64,000 bases of DNA from Eledone cirrhosa (GCA_964016885.1 OZ024740.1:394196001-394260000); one strand, 5' to 3'; shown: positions 1 to 13,411, counted from the stretch's first letter. Notes: generated by a model from the letters alone, not told the origin. A program made the numbers and translations.

Positions 1-1067
1 GTACCAACCTGCCCCTGGTAAGCAGTACACTGAACCAAACATTTATGTGTATGGCAAACGAATTGGAGTGGTTGATCAGTTTGTCTACCTGGGAAGCACT
101 GTCAATCGATACAGAAACCTTGACAGTGAAATCTCACTTAGGATTAGGAAAGCAAGTGATGCTTTCGGAAAGCTCGAAAGGCGACTCTGGGGTCGGCGAG
201 ATATATGCAGGAGGACAAAGGTAAAGGTGTACAGGGCATGTGTGCTCTCTTGTCTTCTTTATGCCTGCGAGACCTGGGTCACATATCGACACCACCTTAA
301 GCAATTGGAGCGTTTCCATCAGATGTGTCTCAGACGGATCCATGGCGTTCACTGGAGGGACCACATCAGTGATGTCGAGATTTTGTAAAGCTCTATGTGT
401 GACAGTATAGAAGCTCTTGTGCTTAAGCAACGACTCCGTTGGAGTGGTCACCTTGCCAGGATGAAGGATTCTAGAATACCAAAACAACTCTTTTATGGAG
501 AGTTGGTTAAAGGAAAACGACCGCCACATAAACCAAAAAAGAGGTATAAGGATTCCTTGAAAGCCTCTCTGAAAGACGCTAACATCTCTGCTGATACATG
601 GGAGAATATTGCTGCTGATCGTAATAAATGGAGAAAGACTGTATATGAGGGAAAAGTTGCCTTTGAGGCATCTCGAATCGCATACGAGAAAGTAAAGCGG
701 GATGTGAGGAAGGGCATTGCTGTTGCACTTCCAGACGGCGAGGGTCCTCCTATGGTGCTGACATGCAGCGTATGTGCGAGACTCTGCCTAAGCAAAGCTG
801 GACTCGAAAGTCATCTTCGCAGTCATAAAGTAAGACCAGTGGTTGACTACCAGGCTGCTGTTGGAGATGCTACTCATCATGCTTGCCAAACATGTGGTAG
901 AGAATGTTAATCAGCAGGAGGGCTCAGCGACATGCAAAAGTACACGAACTCCAACCACAGCCGACTATTCCCAGTGAATGTTTTGGTTGCCGACTCTGTG
1001 CAAGACATTTTAGATCATTGGCTGGGCTAAAAAGCCACATTCGATCGCAGCGCTGTTAGTTGCTATC
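1..1067 (+). mobile_element. RTE-clade (BovB-like) LINE, 3' part of ORF2 with three C2H2 zinc fingers; disabled
   Basis: ORFs 47-388 and 395-910 carry RTE post-RT motifs ([36 protein letters not shown]) split by a TAA at 386-388. Fingers: CSVC..HLRSH, CQTC.. (broken by a stop) and CRLCARHFRSLAGLKSHIRS. The element ends in a (TG)n run. Confidence 0.9.
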
Positions 1068-1235
1068 GTGTGTGTGTGTGTGTGTGTAGATATGCTTATG
1101 TGTGTGCGTGTGTGTGTATATATATATGTATATGTATATTATTATTGTTGTTGTCGTTATTATTATTGTTGTTATGATTATTATTATTATTATTGTTATT
1201 AATGTATGTGTGTGTGTGTATATGTGTATGTATAC

Positions 1236-1313
<78 letters not shown>

Positions 1314-1364
1314 CCTTTTTTTTTAATTTTAACTTTCTTTTTATTTATTTATTATTATTATTAA

Positions 1365-2317
1365 TGTTGCCAGGCACTCACTGCCCTCTACCAAGCGGGC
1401 AATGCGATCAGTGGAACTTCCACTCTCGAGTTCTATAGAGGATTAGTGGTGGGCAAGTGCGATGATGCACTCGGAGAAGCTTTGGGCCTCGACGAAGTCG
1501 AACTGACCAGTCTGTACCGGAGGACTTTTGAGCCGGGGACGATGGACAATTTCCAGAAATCCCTCGCTTGGCAGTGCTACCGGGGGCACTGCCGGTTCGG
1601 GATAAACTCTACAGGCACGGAAGTGCTCTCAGACGGACCTGCCCAAGATGCGCACAGAACGACGAAACCGTTCTGCACGCACTTGTCCAATGTCCGTGCA
1701 TTACTGACTTGTGGAGTTATGTTGAACAGCTACTGTCGCGTGTGGAACGAATCCGGCTATCGGCCGAGTCCATAGTGAAGATCGAGCCGCCACATTCCTT
1801 AGGTCAGAAGAGCAGGAAATTTTCCTCTGTCTGGTGGCAGTTGCGAAAGAGATTATATGGTGGACCAGGTTGAAAGGACTAAAGACAGACACTTTTCTCT
1901 TCGGCCAATCCCTCATCAACTCCTTCAAGTTTCACCTCTAAAGGAGGGTGAGGGTGGAGAGAGAAGTGCTGCCCCCCAGTACATTTGCTAAAAGGTGTGT
2001 GAATGTGGCGAGAATGGCTCGTGTGAATGGGCCTACTCTGACCATGCGCCTATAGGCTAGCTAACTTGAGGAGAGGGGTGATCTCCTGGATGCCCTAGAA
2101 GCGTAGGGTGGTTCAGGATTGGTGGGGTACCTGAAGCACCCCTATGGGGGAATTTATTTTGTTATATTTATGCATAGTTTATTTTATATTTTTATATTTT
2201 CATTGTTAAATTAGTCTTGCCATTGTGCACTTTTACTCCACCTTATTGTAAACCCCCACTGTCCCTGTCTTTGTATTGACCCCTACATGTCGGGCCTGGT
2301 GGCTAATAAATGAAATC
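1365..2317 (+). mobile_element. Tx1/L1-clade LINE, 5'-truncated and frameshifted (zf-RVT region plus 3'UTR)
   Basis: Peptides MDNFQKSLAWQCYRG, ALPVRDKLYRHG and CPRC..ETVLHALVQC match the ORF at 21160-22278. AATAAA at about 2305 is followed by (ATT)n. Confidence 0.85.
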
Positions 2318-2431
2318 ATTATTATTATTTTTTTTTTTCTTTCTCGTGCAATGGCCATACTCGATAACGAGGGGGCAGCCATCATGTATGTATGTATGTA
2401 TGTATGTATGTATGTATGTATGTATGTTTAT

Positions 2432-3043
2432 GTCAGGTCACCAGTTGGTGCTACTGGTAACATGTATTCCAGTACAACCTGTCCCATGGTCGGGTCGTTG
2501 GCGACTAAACTGGCAACCCCACCAAGGTTTCTTGGTGAGGAGGGTGACTTTGGACATCCTGCAGGACTAAAAACAAAACCTGTCAAAAGGCAAAGGAGCT
2601 CTTAAGAGTCAATGGCCATCTAAAATCACTGGGAGAGATGACCCCTTAGCCTTTGTCAAGGCAGAATTCTAGGAGAAGGAAAACTCTGATATAACACCTG
2701 CAACCCTGATGGTATCCAATGATGTTGACTTGTTCTTCTTTTTGGTAAATATCATCTTGGTTAAGAGAGTGGGACTGGCTTTGTGCAGTGCCTTTGCTCA
2801 CTATAAAAGCTTCACGGCACAGGCATTGCTTTATATCTGGAGATCTCTCTGCATTTGTCGTCACATGGTACCATGGGCCCATCACTATGTGTCAATAATT
2901 GTCACAAGTGTAGTGTTTGTACCAGAGCTTTCAAGTCGCTGGCTGGACTAAAAAGTCACACTCGTTCAGCGCATCAGTAGGGGTTCTCCTACATGGATAT
3001 AAAGTAGTGGCCGTACTCGAAAACGAGTTGGCAGCCACCACCA
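2432..3043 (+). mobile_element. RTE-derived non-autonomous element (~610 bp) with (TATG)n tail
   Basis: Near-identical copies at 44725-45299 and 45389-45995. Contains CTAGGAGAAGGAAAACTCTGA (RTE 5'UTR-like) and a 3' segment encoding CSVCTRAFKSLAGLKSHTRSAH. Ends with a CTCG-AAAA-CGAG hairpin and (TATG)n. Confidence 0.8.
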
Positions 3044-3068
3044 TGTATGTATGTATGTATGTATGTAT

Positions 3069-3377
3069 GTTCTTCTTTTTGGTAAATATCATCTTGGTTA
3101 AAAGAGTGGGACTGGCTTTGTGCAGTGCCTTTGCTCACTACAAAAGCTTCACGGCACAGGCATTGCTTTATATCTGGAGATCTCTCTGCACTTGTCGTCA
3201 CATGGTACCATGGGCCCAGCACTATGTGTCAATAATTGTCACAAGTGTAGTGTTTGTACCAGAGATTTCAAGTCGCAGGCTGGACTAAAAAGTCACACTC
3301 GTTCAGCGCATCGGTAGCGGTTCTCCTACATGGATATAAAGTAGTGGCCGTACTCGAAAACGAGTTGGCAGCCACCA
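3069..3377 (+). mobile_element. 5'-truncated copy of the RTE-derived (TATG)n element
   Basis: Direct repeat of about 2731-3043, flanked by (TATG)n on both sides. Confidence 0.85.
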
Positions 3378-3938
3378 TGTATGTATGTATGTATGTATGT
3401 ATGTATGTATGTATGTATGTATGTATGGCTATTTGTGTATGTATTTATTCCTGCTTGTATGTATGTATGTATGTACGTAAGTATGTATGCAACACGAACA
3501 TTACAGTACAGTGTATGCGAACGTAAAGACAAAAGCGAAGAGTAATAAATATAAAATAACATGGCAACAAACGACACTACCTCACACATTGATAGAAACA
3601 GAGGGAAGGTTTGGTTGCTCGGGTAGTGTATATAGAGAACAATATTTAAAGTTCAAGTATGTCCCCACATTTCCCACTTTCCTCTATCTTTTTCAATAGT
3701 TTAATGTTATCTGTAACCCATTGACTCCCAGTTCTCTCCCCTAGTCTAAAAAGTTAAGTTAGTGAATTTGACACACTTAAAGGTATATTGGCCAGGAGAT
3801 AAGCTGATTAAAAACGGCAACAACGACGTCGAGGAGGGTTGAGTACGACAACGGTGACAACTAGCACAATAACAGCAACAATAGAATATAACAAACAAGA
3901 GAATAAATCCTTAATCCTGCAATACTGTAATTTTCATG

Positions 3939-3969
<31 letters not shown>

Positions 3970-4537
3970 GTAGACGTAAGAATGTGTGCATGTGTGGCGT
4001 GAGAGGAGAATGTGGTGTATGTGTATTTAAGCACACACACACACACACACACACATTTATATTAATGCAGTGTAGAAATGGATTTTCAGGTCGACTAGAA
4101 GTTAAACCCGCTTCTTCGCTGTTTGTCCCAATCCCTCAACCTTCTTTTCTCTCTCTCTCACTTTCTCTCATTTTTCTCTCCATTCTCTCTTTGTGCCTTT
4201 CTTTCCCATTTGTACAATCACATACTCATTTAAACATACACACACTCACACAAGCACACAGACACAGAAAATCACATATTCACACAGACACCTAGAAATA
4301 TATGCATGGCTACACTTTAGATTAGATTAAACTAAAGGCTAAAACCTCTTAAAACAAGATTATAAGAGGATAAGAAGAGTAAAAAAGGATTTCTTATAAG
4401 GTCCTCCTATGCTACTGGCTATGATGTAGCTGGAATGCATTTATGAACAATTCAAAGTGTTACTCTAACACACATACATAGAATGAATACCCACATATAA
4501 AACATCCTTCACACACACGCACACACATATATATATG

Positions 4538-4638
<101 letters not shown>

Positions 4639-5111
4639 GCACGTAAATACATTTATACTCAACCGTCACATGCATTCTTTACTTCTTAAGTTTGTCTCAG
4701 TTGTTATAACAAAGGCCATGGTGGAGCACTACCCCCACGTTTGAGAGTTCTACGTCTTTTGTGTAGTCTCTATGTACGTCCTATTATCGAATGCTTTGTA
4801 TTGAATGTATGATTGTCAAAGCTGGGAATTGATTGAAGTAGATCTGCTTTTGTTGATGACTGATACGCCATGCTACAGAGAAGTGTAACTGGATACCATT
4901 TAAATGTGTCATTGGTACAATCATTCATATTTTAAAAGCCTCGAAACACTAATAGACTTATGGATTTAGGAATGCTATCGTTCCAAACAACAAACCAACC
5001 AGAAAAAGACACTAAGGAAGTATGAAAACACCTTAAATAAAAGATCAAACTCAAACACAGTTGCGTCTTTAATATAGCACGCTCATACAACCCACGAAGT
5101 CATTTGTGTAT

Positions 5112-5190
<79 letters not shown>

Positions 5191-5339
5191 ATATATATCT
5201 GTATGTGATTGGCGGCTGAGAGAAATGAGTACTCTATACCGAAGTAGAATTTAGATATTCATTGTATTAAGGTTAAATAGTAAGTCACTATTTAGCCTTA
5301 ATAAAATGAATACCCCACCCTATATATATATATATATAT

Positions 5340-5566
5340 ATGAATGTATGTATAGTATATTTGGCAATATACTGTATGTTTAATTAAAAACAGTTAGAAG
5401 ACCATTCGCTATCAGTTTTCAAGAAGTGACTATGTCACCTACTTAATCTCGGCAAAATTAACAGACAGTTCATAGTCACTATTTTAAAACTCATAGCGAA
5501 TGGTCTTCTAAATATTTTTAATTAAATATACAATATATTGCCAAATATACTATACATACATTCATG
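5340..5566. repeat. Imperfect fold-back palindrome next to (TA)n
   Basis: ATGAATGTATGTATAGTATATTTGGCAATATA...AGAAGACCATTCGCTAT is mirrored by ATAGCGAATGGTCTTCT...TATATTGCCAAATATACTATACATACATTCAT. Confidence 0.85.
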
Positions 5567-5601
5567 TATACATCGCTATTTCAGAGCACGATGTATATAT
5601 G

Positions 5602-5685
<84 letters not shown>

Positions 5686-5868
5686 ACTAAGCAGGATTGC
5701 GTATGCAATGCACCAATCAGTAAATGATGCAATTCTATTTAAGCTCTCAACATCATATAGTTTCTTCCAAATAGGATTTGTCAGACAGTGACGGAGTATA
5801 TGTAGAATAAGTAAAATGCAAGCTCGGTACAGATGTTAAAGTTTTATAAATAAAGCTGCAGCACAAGT

Positions 5869-6130
5869 TTCAATGACGATCGTGGCTACGTGATTGTTTT
5901 ATCACGTAACCGTATACGCGATATCGCCAGACAGCATGTTTATGTAATACGGTTACTTTTCCGAGACAATCCAATCTAAAGACAAAGGAACGGACTTCGG
6001 TTATGAAAACAACATTTCTCTCCGCTCCTTGTCTTTAGATTGTCATGGAAACATAACTTTATTACATAAAGATGCTGTCTGATGATCGGTTACGAGATTG
6101 AACAATCATGTAGCCACAATCATCATTGAA
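5869..6130. repeat. Diverged fold-back (MITE-like) inverted repeat
   Basis: TTCAATGACGATCGTGGCTACGTGATTGTT...AATCTAAAGACAAAGGA is mirrored by TCCTTGTCTTTAGATT...AACAATCATGTAGCCACAATCATCATTGAA. Confidence 0.75.
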
Positions 6131-6228
6131 ATATGATCACAGTTTTATTAATAAAGGTCTCTTTAACATTTACACCGAACTTCGCATTTTCCTTATCCTG
6201 CCTCCCTCTCCCTCCCCATCTACCTCCC

Positions 6229-6432
<204 letters not shown>

Positions 6433-7719
6433 GTATATATAAACATGAAATTATACATAAATGCATACATCACGCCTGTCTAGAAAAATAGCTTAAGAGG
6501 GAGCCAATGAGGTAACTACTCTGTGCTTACTTGACCTGATAGAAAGTAGCCAAATTCCTCTCAAATTACATCCTATCGTCTTAAAAGGGGGAATGTATAT
6601 TAGACTCCATTGTCCCCCGTGCACAATAACACTGGAACGCCGCTGTTCGTCGGTCTGCTCAATCACAAAAACAACCTTGTTTAATCATTGATAGAACACA
6701 TTGATCGAGTAATATTCACAAATCCTAGTAACGCGGTATCTCCAGGCAAATTAGAAATATTGCAAATATTCATGCAGTTAAACTCGACTTATTAATATAC
6801 AGAAGAAAGTAGCTGAGTGGGGGAGCAAGCTAGAACGAAAGAAAGATAGGAAGAACGAGAATAGGAGAGAGAAAGAGATTGTGGTGATGACGATAATGAT
6901 GATGATTATGATATATGTTCATTGTTCCTTAGCTTGAAGCGTAAAACTCAGCTTTGACATATAATATAGATCAACGAAGAGAACGTAGAATATATTCCCA
7001 GCTTGCAAATCTCTCGTTCATTCACGTCAATTCAATTATGCAATACATTGCATTACGTCTATAGATCATTATGTTCACTTTAGAGGTTTCCTGCTGTTTA
7101 ACTGTTTACGTGAAACAATGAAAATTCTCTTAAACACTTAAGGCAAACCTTGATAGTAACTTTTCTGTCATATGTTCCCCATTAATCATGATACACGGCC
7201 TAGAGTTGGAAGAGGACATTCTTCAATAATTTACTCACGTATTATCTTCATATCAAGAGACATAATCATTGAATATACAGTTATAAAAATATATATCCAT
7301 CTTGTTTGTCTGTTTGTTGTTTAGCTCAAGGATAACTCTGAAATACTTATTTGTGACAAAAAAAAAATGAATTTCAGTCGTGACCATACATTTTTCTAGC
7401 TATTGTGTATGCGGGATCAAAATAAGTGAAGAGAAAATTAAATCTGATATAAATCCGACGAAAATCCCAATTTGTCAGAACTGACATGTGACTAAACAAC
7501 TCGAATTTTTAACTGGAATATTTCAAATGAAATATATTTATCATGCCTCTTGATACTCGATTTTCTGAACACTGACTTTCAGGTCAGCTACCTAGTTGTG
7601 TCTTGGGACCGATTCCGAAATCATCACCACTTGGTCTCTGGAATTATGACTGGGAGTATAACAGCACCCGTAGTAAGCTGTTGCTCTTGTCGTTTGTGCT
7701 ATACTCTTCTCTTTGGCTT

Positions 7720-8330
7720 CTCAGAAAGGGTCAATATGACCCTTACTGCCGCATATAATGTGTCTTGATTTTCTGATCTGCAGTAGCCTTCCCTTCGGTA
7801 TCAGATTGCACGGTCGATCATCGTATGTCTATACCGCCCGCCCATGACTATATATATGGTTAGTGGTCACATCAGTGCTCACCCCTGCCTAAATTCTTCC
7901 AACAAAGGTTTAATGTCGCGTATATCTTTCACGATAACCCTCATAATTATTCATAATTGTTCATCCCATATCTTGGACGAGTACCCAAGAACAGGCATGT
8001 TATGTACTTACTCAGCTTGCCTTCTCGATCTACCTTTAGTAAGAAATACGATACATATAGTTCCATAGAAAATGTTCAGCTCGATAAAGGAAGTCCCACA
8101 CAACATACCATCTAGAGCTACCATCAAATGCAATTTTGAGGGTATAAGAAAAGCTTCTATAACTTTAGAAATTATTATATACGACACTCCCCTGTCCTGT
8201 TCTTGTGTGAAAATTTCAGGTCTAAAACATTATAGTTATATAGTGATGTCAAACAATTCTCTTTTCAGCTAAATTTCTGTTGCTGATAGTGTTATCAAAG
8301 ACCGAGGCTAAATTTCTATTTTTATTACTA
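7720..8330 (-). pseudogene. Degenerate gag-like ORF1 of a non-LTR retrotransposon (zinc-knuckle remnant)
   Basis: The minus frame is mostly open with scattered stops (..ELFDITI*L*CFRPEIF..MRVIVKDIRDIKPLLEEF) and ends in PKGR...ICGSKGHI, which resembles a decayed CX2CX4HX4C knuckle. Confidence 0.35.
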
Positions 8331-8848
8331 GCATTAAAAATTTTAGAATTATTTTTGTCTGGCCAGATGTTATTGTTTTCAAACGCATCATTGGCATTAC
8401 TTTTATTGTCTGTAGAAGTGTCATAATTCTTTTCTTAAGATATTTATGGATTTGGTTGTAAAATATTCTTGTTAGTTTTCTTTTTTGGTGTATTTAATCT
8501 CCGTGGATTTTCGTTGAATTTCTTTATTATTGTTTAGGCAAACGTTCCGCATAGCTATATTGCGCATATGTGTAGACGAATGAGAAAAAATAGATTTTTT
8601 TTTCTTATGAAACATACATTTTTCTCTCTTAATCAAGGATAAGTAAACGTCCAAATTGTCCAAGTCATGTCTGTTAGCATATAAATTTTAAAATAATATT
8701 CTTCCTTACAGTTCCACTTGGTAAAATACGGAAGCCATATAACAGTTCGTTTGAACTCACCATCAACGAAGACAACAAGAACAACAAGAACAACAGTAAT
8801 ATATCTATATATATGCCTATACGAGTGCTGTATATGCCTATATATATG

Positions 8849-8940
<92 letters not shown>

Positions 8941-9079
8941 CATATGCTCTGCATATGATACACATATTGATACATATATCATTCTTATTAAGCTTTAGCT
9001 TGTTATCATCTATTGGCGTAAATTTTCAGGTCTCGAAGAATTGTACGAATAAACATAAATATACTTCATTTTATATAAT

Positions 9080-9450
9080 GCAAATGGACAGAACATCCGA
9101 ACTTTCAATTTAGTTTAATGATACTGAGGTGTATTGTCTATCAGAGTGAAAGCCACTGGCACTGGAAACTTTAATCACTTAAAGAGTTGTGTTAGTAGGT
9201 CCCATTTTTATTTGTGGCACAATGACATACGTCCCACAATATTCACCTTTTGTAACAATGTCGCCTTCCATCATTCATGCGTATAAATATGAGTTATTCG
9301 AACGGAAAAGTATTATACGATATCCCTTTACCATGATCAACGCAAAGGGGTGAACCTCCACAATTACAGTTATTTAGGAACTGGATAATGAGATAATTGT
9401 ACATATTCTTTCTTATATCTCCAACAAAATATGTTTATAAGTTCCCCTTT
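9080..9450 (-). pseudogene. Old Helitron PIF1-like helicase remnant
   Basis: Manual minus-strand translation gives LNNCNCGGSP / LIMVKGYRIILFR / EGDIVTKGEYCGTYVIVPQI...LFK*LKFPVPVAFTL. This follows the Helitron helicase order LNSL..SGLPPH.L.LKVG.PI.LLRN ... F.R.QFPV..AFAMT. Confidence 0.65.
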
Positions 9451-11141
9451 ATACAATCAAAATCAATATAGTTTCTTTTTCCTACAGATGTACGTCATTT
9501 AAGGAATTATATAAACATACTATAGATACCTATACATTAATTTGGATATTCCTTTGAATCTATTTCATGAAACCAAAAGAATATTTTATTCTCAGTTCCC
9601 ACTAATTCTTTCCAACCTATTACAGCCACTATTTTTCGATATTACATTAGTTATTGGCAATGGACATTTGCGATAATTTTCCATCAAACTGAAACCGTAC
9701 AGGTGGTTTAAACCTAATTGTCCACCATATCAGTTGTGATACGTATATGGCTACAATAGTAACAAAAGCTGTTTTACTTTGGAGGGAAAAAATAACATTC
9801 ACCAAAACGAAATTATCTGTAACAGATAGCAAAACGGATGCTCAGAAAGGATCAATAATTTTTCAATGCTTATAGAATATATAGGATTTAAAATAAGTAA
9901 ATAAACTGAAAGAATTTGGCATTTTATTTCCATGAAACCAATACGAAACTATATTATAACATTTATTTGGAAAACAAATGTCCGTACTAGACGTATAAAT
10001 GAAAATACTATTTTGAAGTATCAAAGTTGATCAATTAAATTCTTAGAAATCCTTAGAACATCTTGAAAATATATTAATAATGTAATCCTAGATATTTTGT
10101 GTAAAAGAAGGACGAGATTGGTTATAGGCAGAAACACTTTAATTATTGCTCTGTTCAGTCAGAGCTTACATAGCTTTAAAAACAACCAGAACAACAACAA
10201 CGAGAGACAGAAGGCCGCAAATGTGGCGAAGAGGAATAATCGCTGAAAACGTACATGACTGGTACTTATTTTATCGACATTGGGGATAATGTCCAACGTT
10301 CTTGCCTGCCAAACTAATGCTCTTTGTGAGTGTGGAATCGGGGAATGACAGAATCGATAGATACCATGTTTGTGCAGCCAAACTGTAGTATGCTGGAATC
10401 AATGTCTTACTGTGCATGATCCATCCCTGTATATTCTGAGTTCGAATCCCGTCAATGTCACCTTGTCATTTACTCCTTCTGGACTCGACGAAATAAGTGT
10501 CAGTCAAGTACCGATCACAATATAATCAACTGTACCCATCTCCTAAATATGAAGGCTTGTGCCTAGTTTACAAATCATTGTCTTAGTATGTGTATTAATA
10601 TTAGGATTGTGTAAGGGTATTGCTGTATGGGCCATTTAATATATGTTAACGTGTTGACTTGTTTGTCAGTGTATGGGTTAGTGTATCTGTCCGTTAATAT
10701 ATGCTAAAATATGCATTGTTTGATGCATTAGTGCGTGTGTGTGAAGGGGGAGGTCATAGTGTTTGCGATAATGTGTTTTAAGTTGTTTATAAGACCTAAC
10801 GCAAATAATACGCAGCAAACCTTTTATCAAACGTATTCCAGCCGTAAGCAGTCCCTCTTTTTTTTCTGGGACTACTTTAACGAATATGCCCTTCCCTTTT
10901 TTAAGCTAGTAAAATAGCATTTGACTTCTCAAGCAGACCGAGCTACTAAGTAATACTAAGCTTGATGCATTTATGAGTCTTAATTATTGTTTATTCAGGT
11001 ATAATACACACATACACATACAAACAAATATATATATAATTAATATATATTATATAACACCCACGCGATCGCACGCAGACACATAAACACACACAGAGAC
11101 AGACATACATACCGACAGACATACATACAGACAGACAGACA

Positions 11142-11186
<45 letters not shown>

Positions 11187-11193
11187 CACACAT

Positions 11194-11230
<37 letters not shown>

Positions 11231-11265
11231 GAAATAGGATTTCGCTTCAAGCATAGCTTTATACA

Positions 11266-11590
11266 ATATGTATAAATATTTCGTATCTCCAAGGAAATAC
11301 GGTTTTAGGAAGCTGTAGCTATGCAAACACCGGGGGGATAACGCGCTCTGGTGATGTCCAGCAGAAGCAAGGGGGAAAACCGTCTATGCATTTCAGGCTT
11401 AACTGGCCTTTGTCAGGACGGTCCCTCCCACGGTGGGAGGGACCGCCCTGACAAAGGCCAGTTAAGCCTGAAATGCATAGACGGTTTTCCCCCTTGCTTC
11501 TGCTGGACATCACCAGAGCGCGTTATCCCCCCGGTGTTTGCATAGCTACAGCTTCCTAAAACCGTATTTCCTTGGAGATACGAAATATTT

Positions 11591-11598
<8 letters not shown>
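11266..11598. repeat. Near-perfect 333-bp palindrome between (TA)n tracts, with a hammerhead-like motif in each arm
   Basis: Arms of 166 bp around a single-base centre (G11432). I found one mismatch (A11418/C11446). Confidence 0.95.
11379..11422 (-). ncRNA. Type I hammerhead-like motif (core CUGACAA variant); mirror copy on + at 11442-11485
   Basis: ACCGTC-CTGACAA-AGGC-cagttaa-GCCT-GAA-ATGCAT-A-GACGGT. Stem I is 6 bp, stem II is 4 bp, stem III is palindromic. Position 8 is A instead of G. Confidence 0.6.
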
Positions 11599-11658
<60 letters not shown>

Positions 11659-13033
11659 CAGTTGTGAACTGAAGGCTGAGACTTTCGTCCCTGTGGCCAC
11701 TTATTAAATTCCTAGAGTTCCTGGTGTAGTTTTAGAGCTCTAATAAAATATTTATATTACTCTACTCATGTATTGAATTTTGTTTCTCCCACCTGATCAG
11801 TGAAGCCTATATGCATGTAGATTATTGCGCCGAGATTTTGATTTCTGTTCAAATACAGATAAAAATATTCATTCTTTCGTCAGGATATATTAGCTATTTA
11901 CTTTTAGAGAAGATAAAATTAGGTATTGTGATATTCATCAATTTCACAGGAACATTGGCACTCTACATGAAATGAAAGTCTTCCTGTCAGAAATTGAATA
12001 AGTGTCTTTCAGATACTGAATCAGTTTCCACAAGAACTTCAATGGTATTATACCAAAAAATTGAATCATATTTCAGCTAGCCATGTGTATGATGAAGAAG
12101 AAAGAATTTAGAATTGATTCAGATTCCATGATAGTTAAGAACTAGTAGATGAATCTAAAAGGATTCAATGTCATATTAATTTAGGATTTCATCAGAACAT
12201 ATCAATCGAAGTTGCTGGGAGTTTAAATCGGCATATATGAATGTCTCTTTAAATCAAGTTTCGATCCCATCTTTTACTGTCCATAACACAATCAGTTGAT
12301 TTGAAGATGTGACGAAATCCGTTGTACTTTGAAGATGTAGTCAAATCTACACACAATTCATCTTCTATAATCAAATAGCTTGTGGAGTTGAACTAATAAG
12401 CAAATATGTTCGTAGTTATAACCTAGTTATTGAACCTAGTTTGGTAAACAATCTGTCCGTCATATTTTTTCTCGCCTTACTAGTGATACTCATAACATGG
12501 AGGCTAAAAAATTTATAAGACAATATAATATATTTTGAAGGTCATTCAGATTTTATAATATCCCAACGGAATTACATTTAATTACATCACCGAAAACGTT
12601 ATATCATTGGAAAGTTTGAAAGTACCCGCAAAATTCAACACATTTTATTTCCTTTATACGATTCAAGCTTAATGTATCGTACTAATAGAGGTACTAAGAA
12701 CTATATGGAACATTTCTAGTTATCTTGAAGGTTTGGTCACTCAGTATCTTAGGATAATTTGGATCGTATAACATTCATATAACAATCTTTGAAAGTATGT
12801 GGAGGAGTTGTGTTTCTTTATACATTCTCATTGTGTTTTCTCAACTTTATATGAATATAAATATACAGGGTGCAGGTCTTGGAGAACAAGTAGCGAATAA
12901 CAGCGCTATCATTTTAGTGGCACAACATATCCCATTTTTTATTGGTGGCTTATTAATTGTATGTAAGCATTACATTGTTAAAAGACTATTTTGGTATGTC
13001 TATATAGATGTATGGATTTCTGTATATATAAAT

Positions 13034-13092
<59 letters not shown>

Positions 13093-13100
13093 CGTATAAT

Positions 13101-13155
<55 letters not shown>

Positions 13156-13157
<2 letters not shown>

Positions 13158-13325
13158 AGGATAAATATATATCAGAAGATCCCGTTAAGGGCGAAAGCAG
13201 CGATTCTTTGCTTAAACTTTAATCTGTTATTTTAATAAATATTTCCTCTGGGGTTCTTATATATTTCATATATATTTATCCTTATCGAGCCCTCTTTGGA
13301 TTTTAGTCTTCACATTTATTATTAT

Positions 13326-13330
<5 letters not shown>
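13156..13330 (+). mobile_element. Short (TA)n-embedded repeat with an inverted 5' segment; related copies at 14202-14330 and 32051-32102
   Basis: Shares the 3' end TATTTATCCTTATCG(A/T)GCCCTCTTTG..ATTATTATTAC with 14270-14330. Its first ~85 bp is the reverse complement of 14202-14285. Confidence 0.7.

Positions 13331-13411
<81 letters not shown>

Noticed and set aside
11319-11545. Two nearly identical 64-aa ORFs on opposite strands
   Set aside because: This is a by-product of the palindrome, with no protein motif.
11850-12800. Non-repetitive stretch that might be a decayed coding sequence
   Set aside because: The frames I translated by hand had many stops and no motif I could recognise.
13173-13225. 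CAGAAGA-TCCC..GGGC-GAAA hammerhead look-alike
   Set aside because: U4 is replaced by A, no stem I can be formed, and it lies antisense to the element's apparent 3' end.
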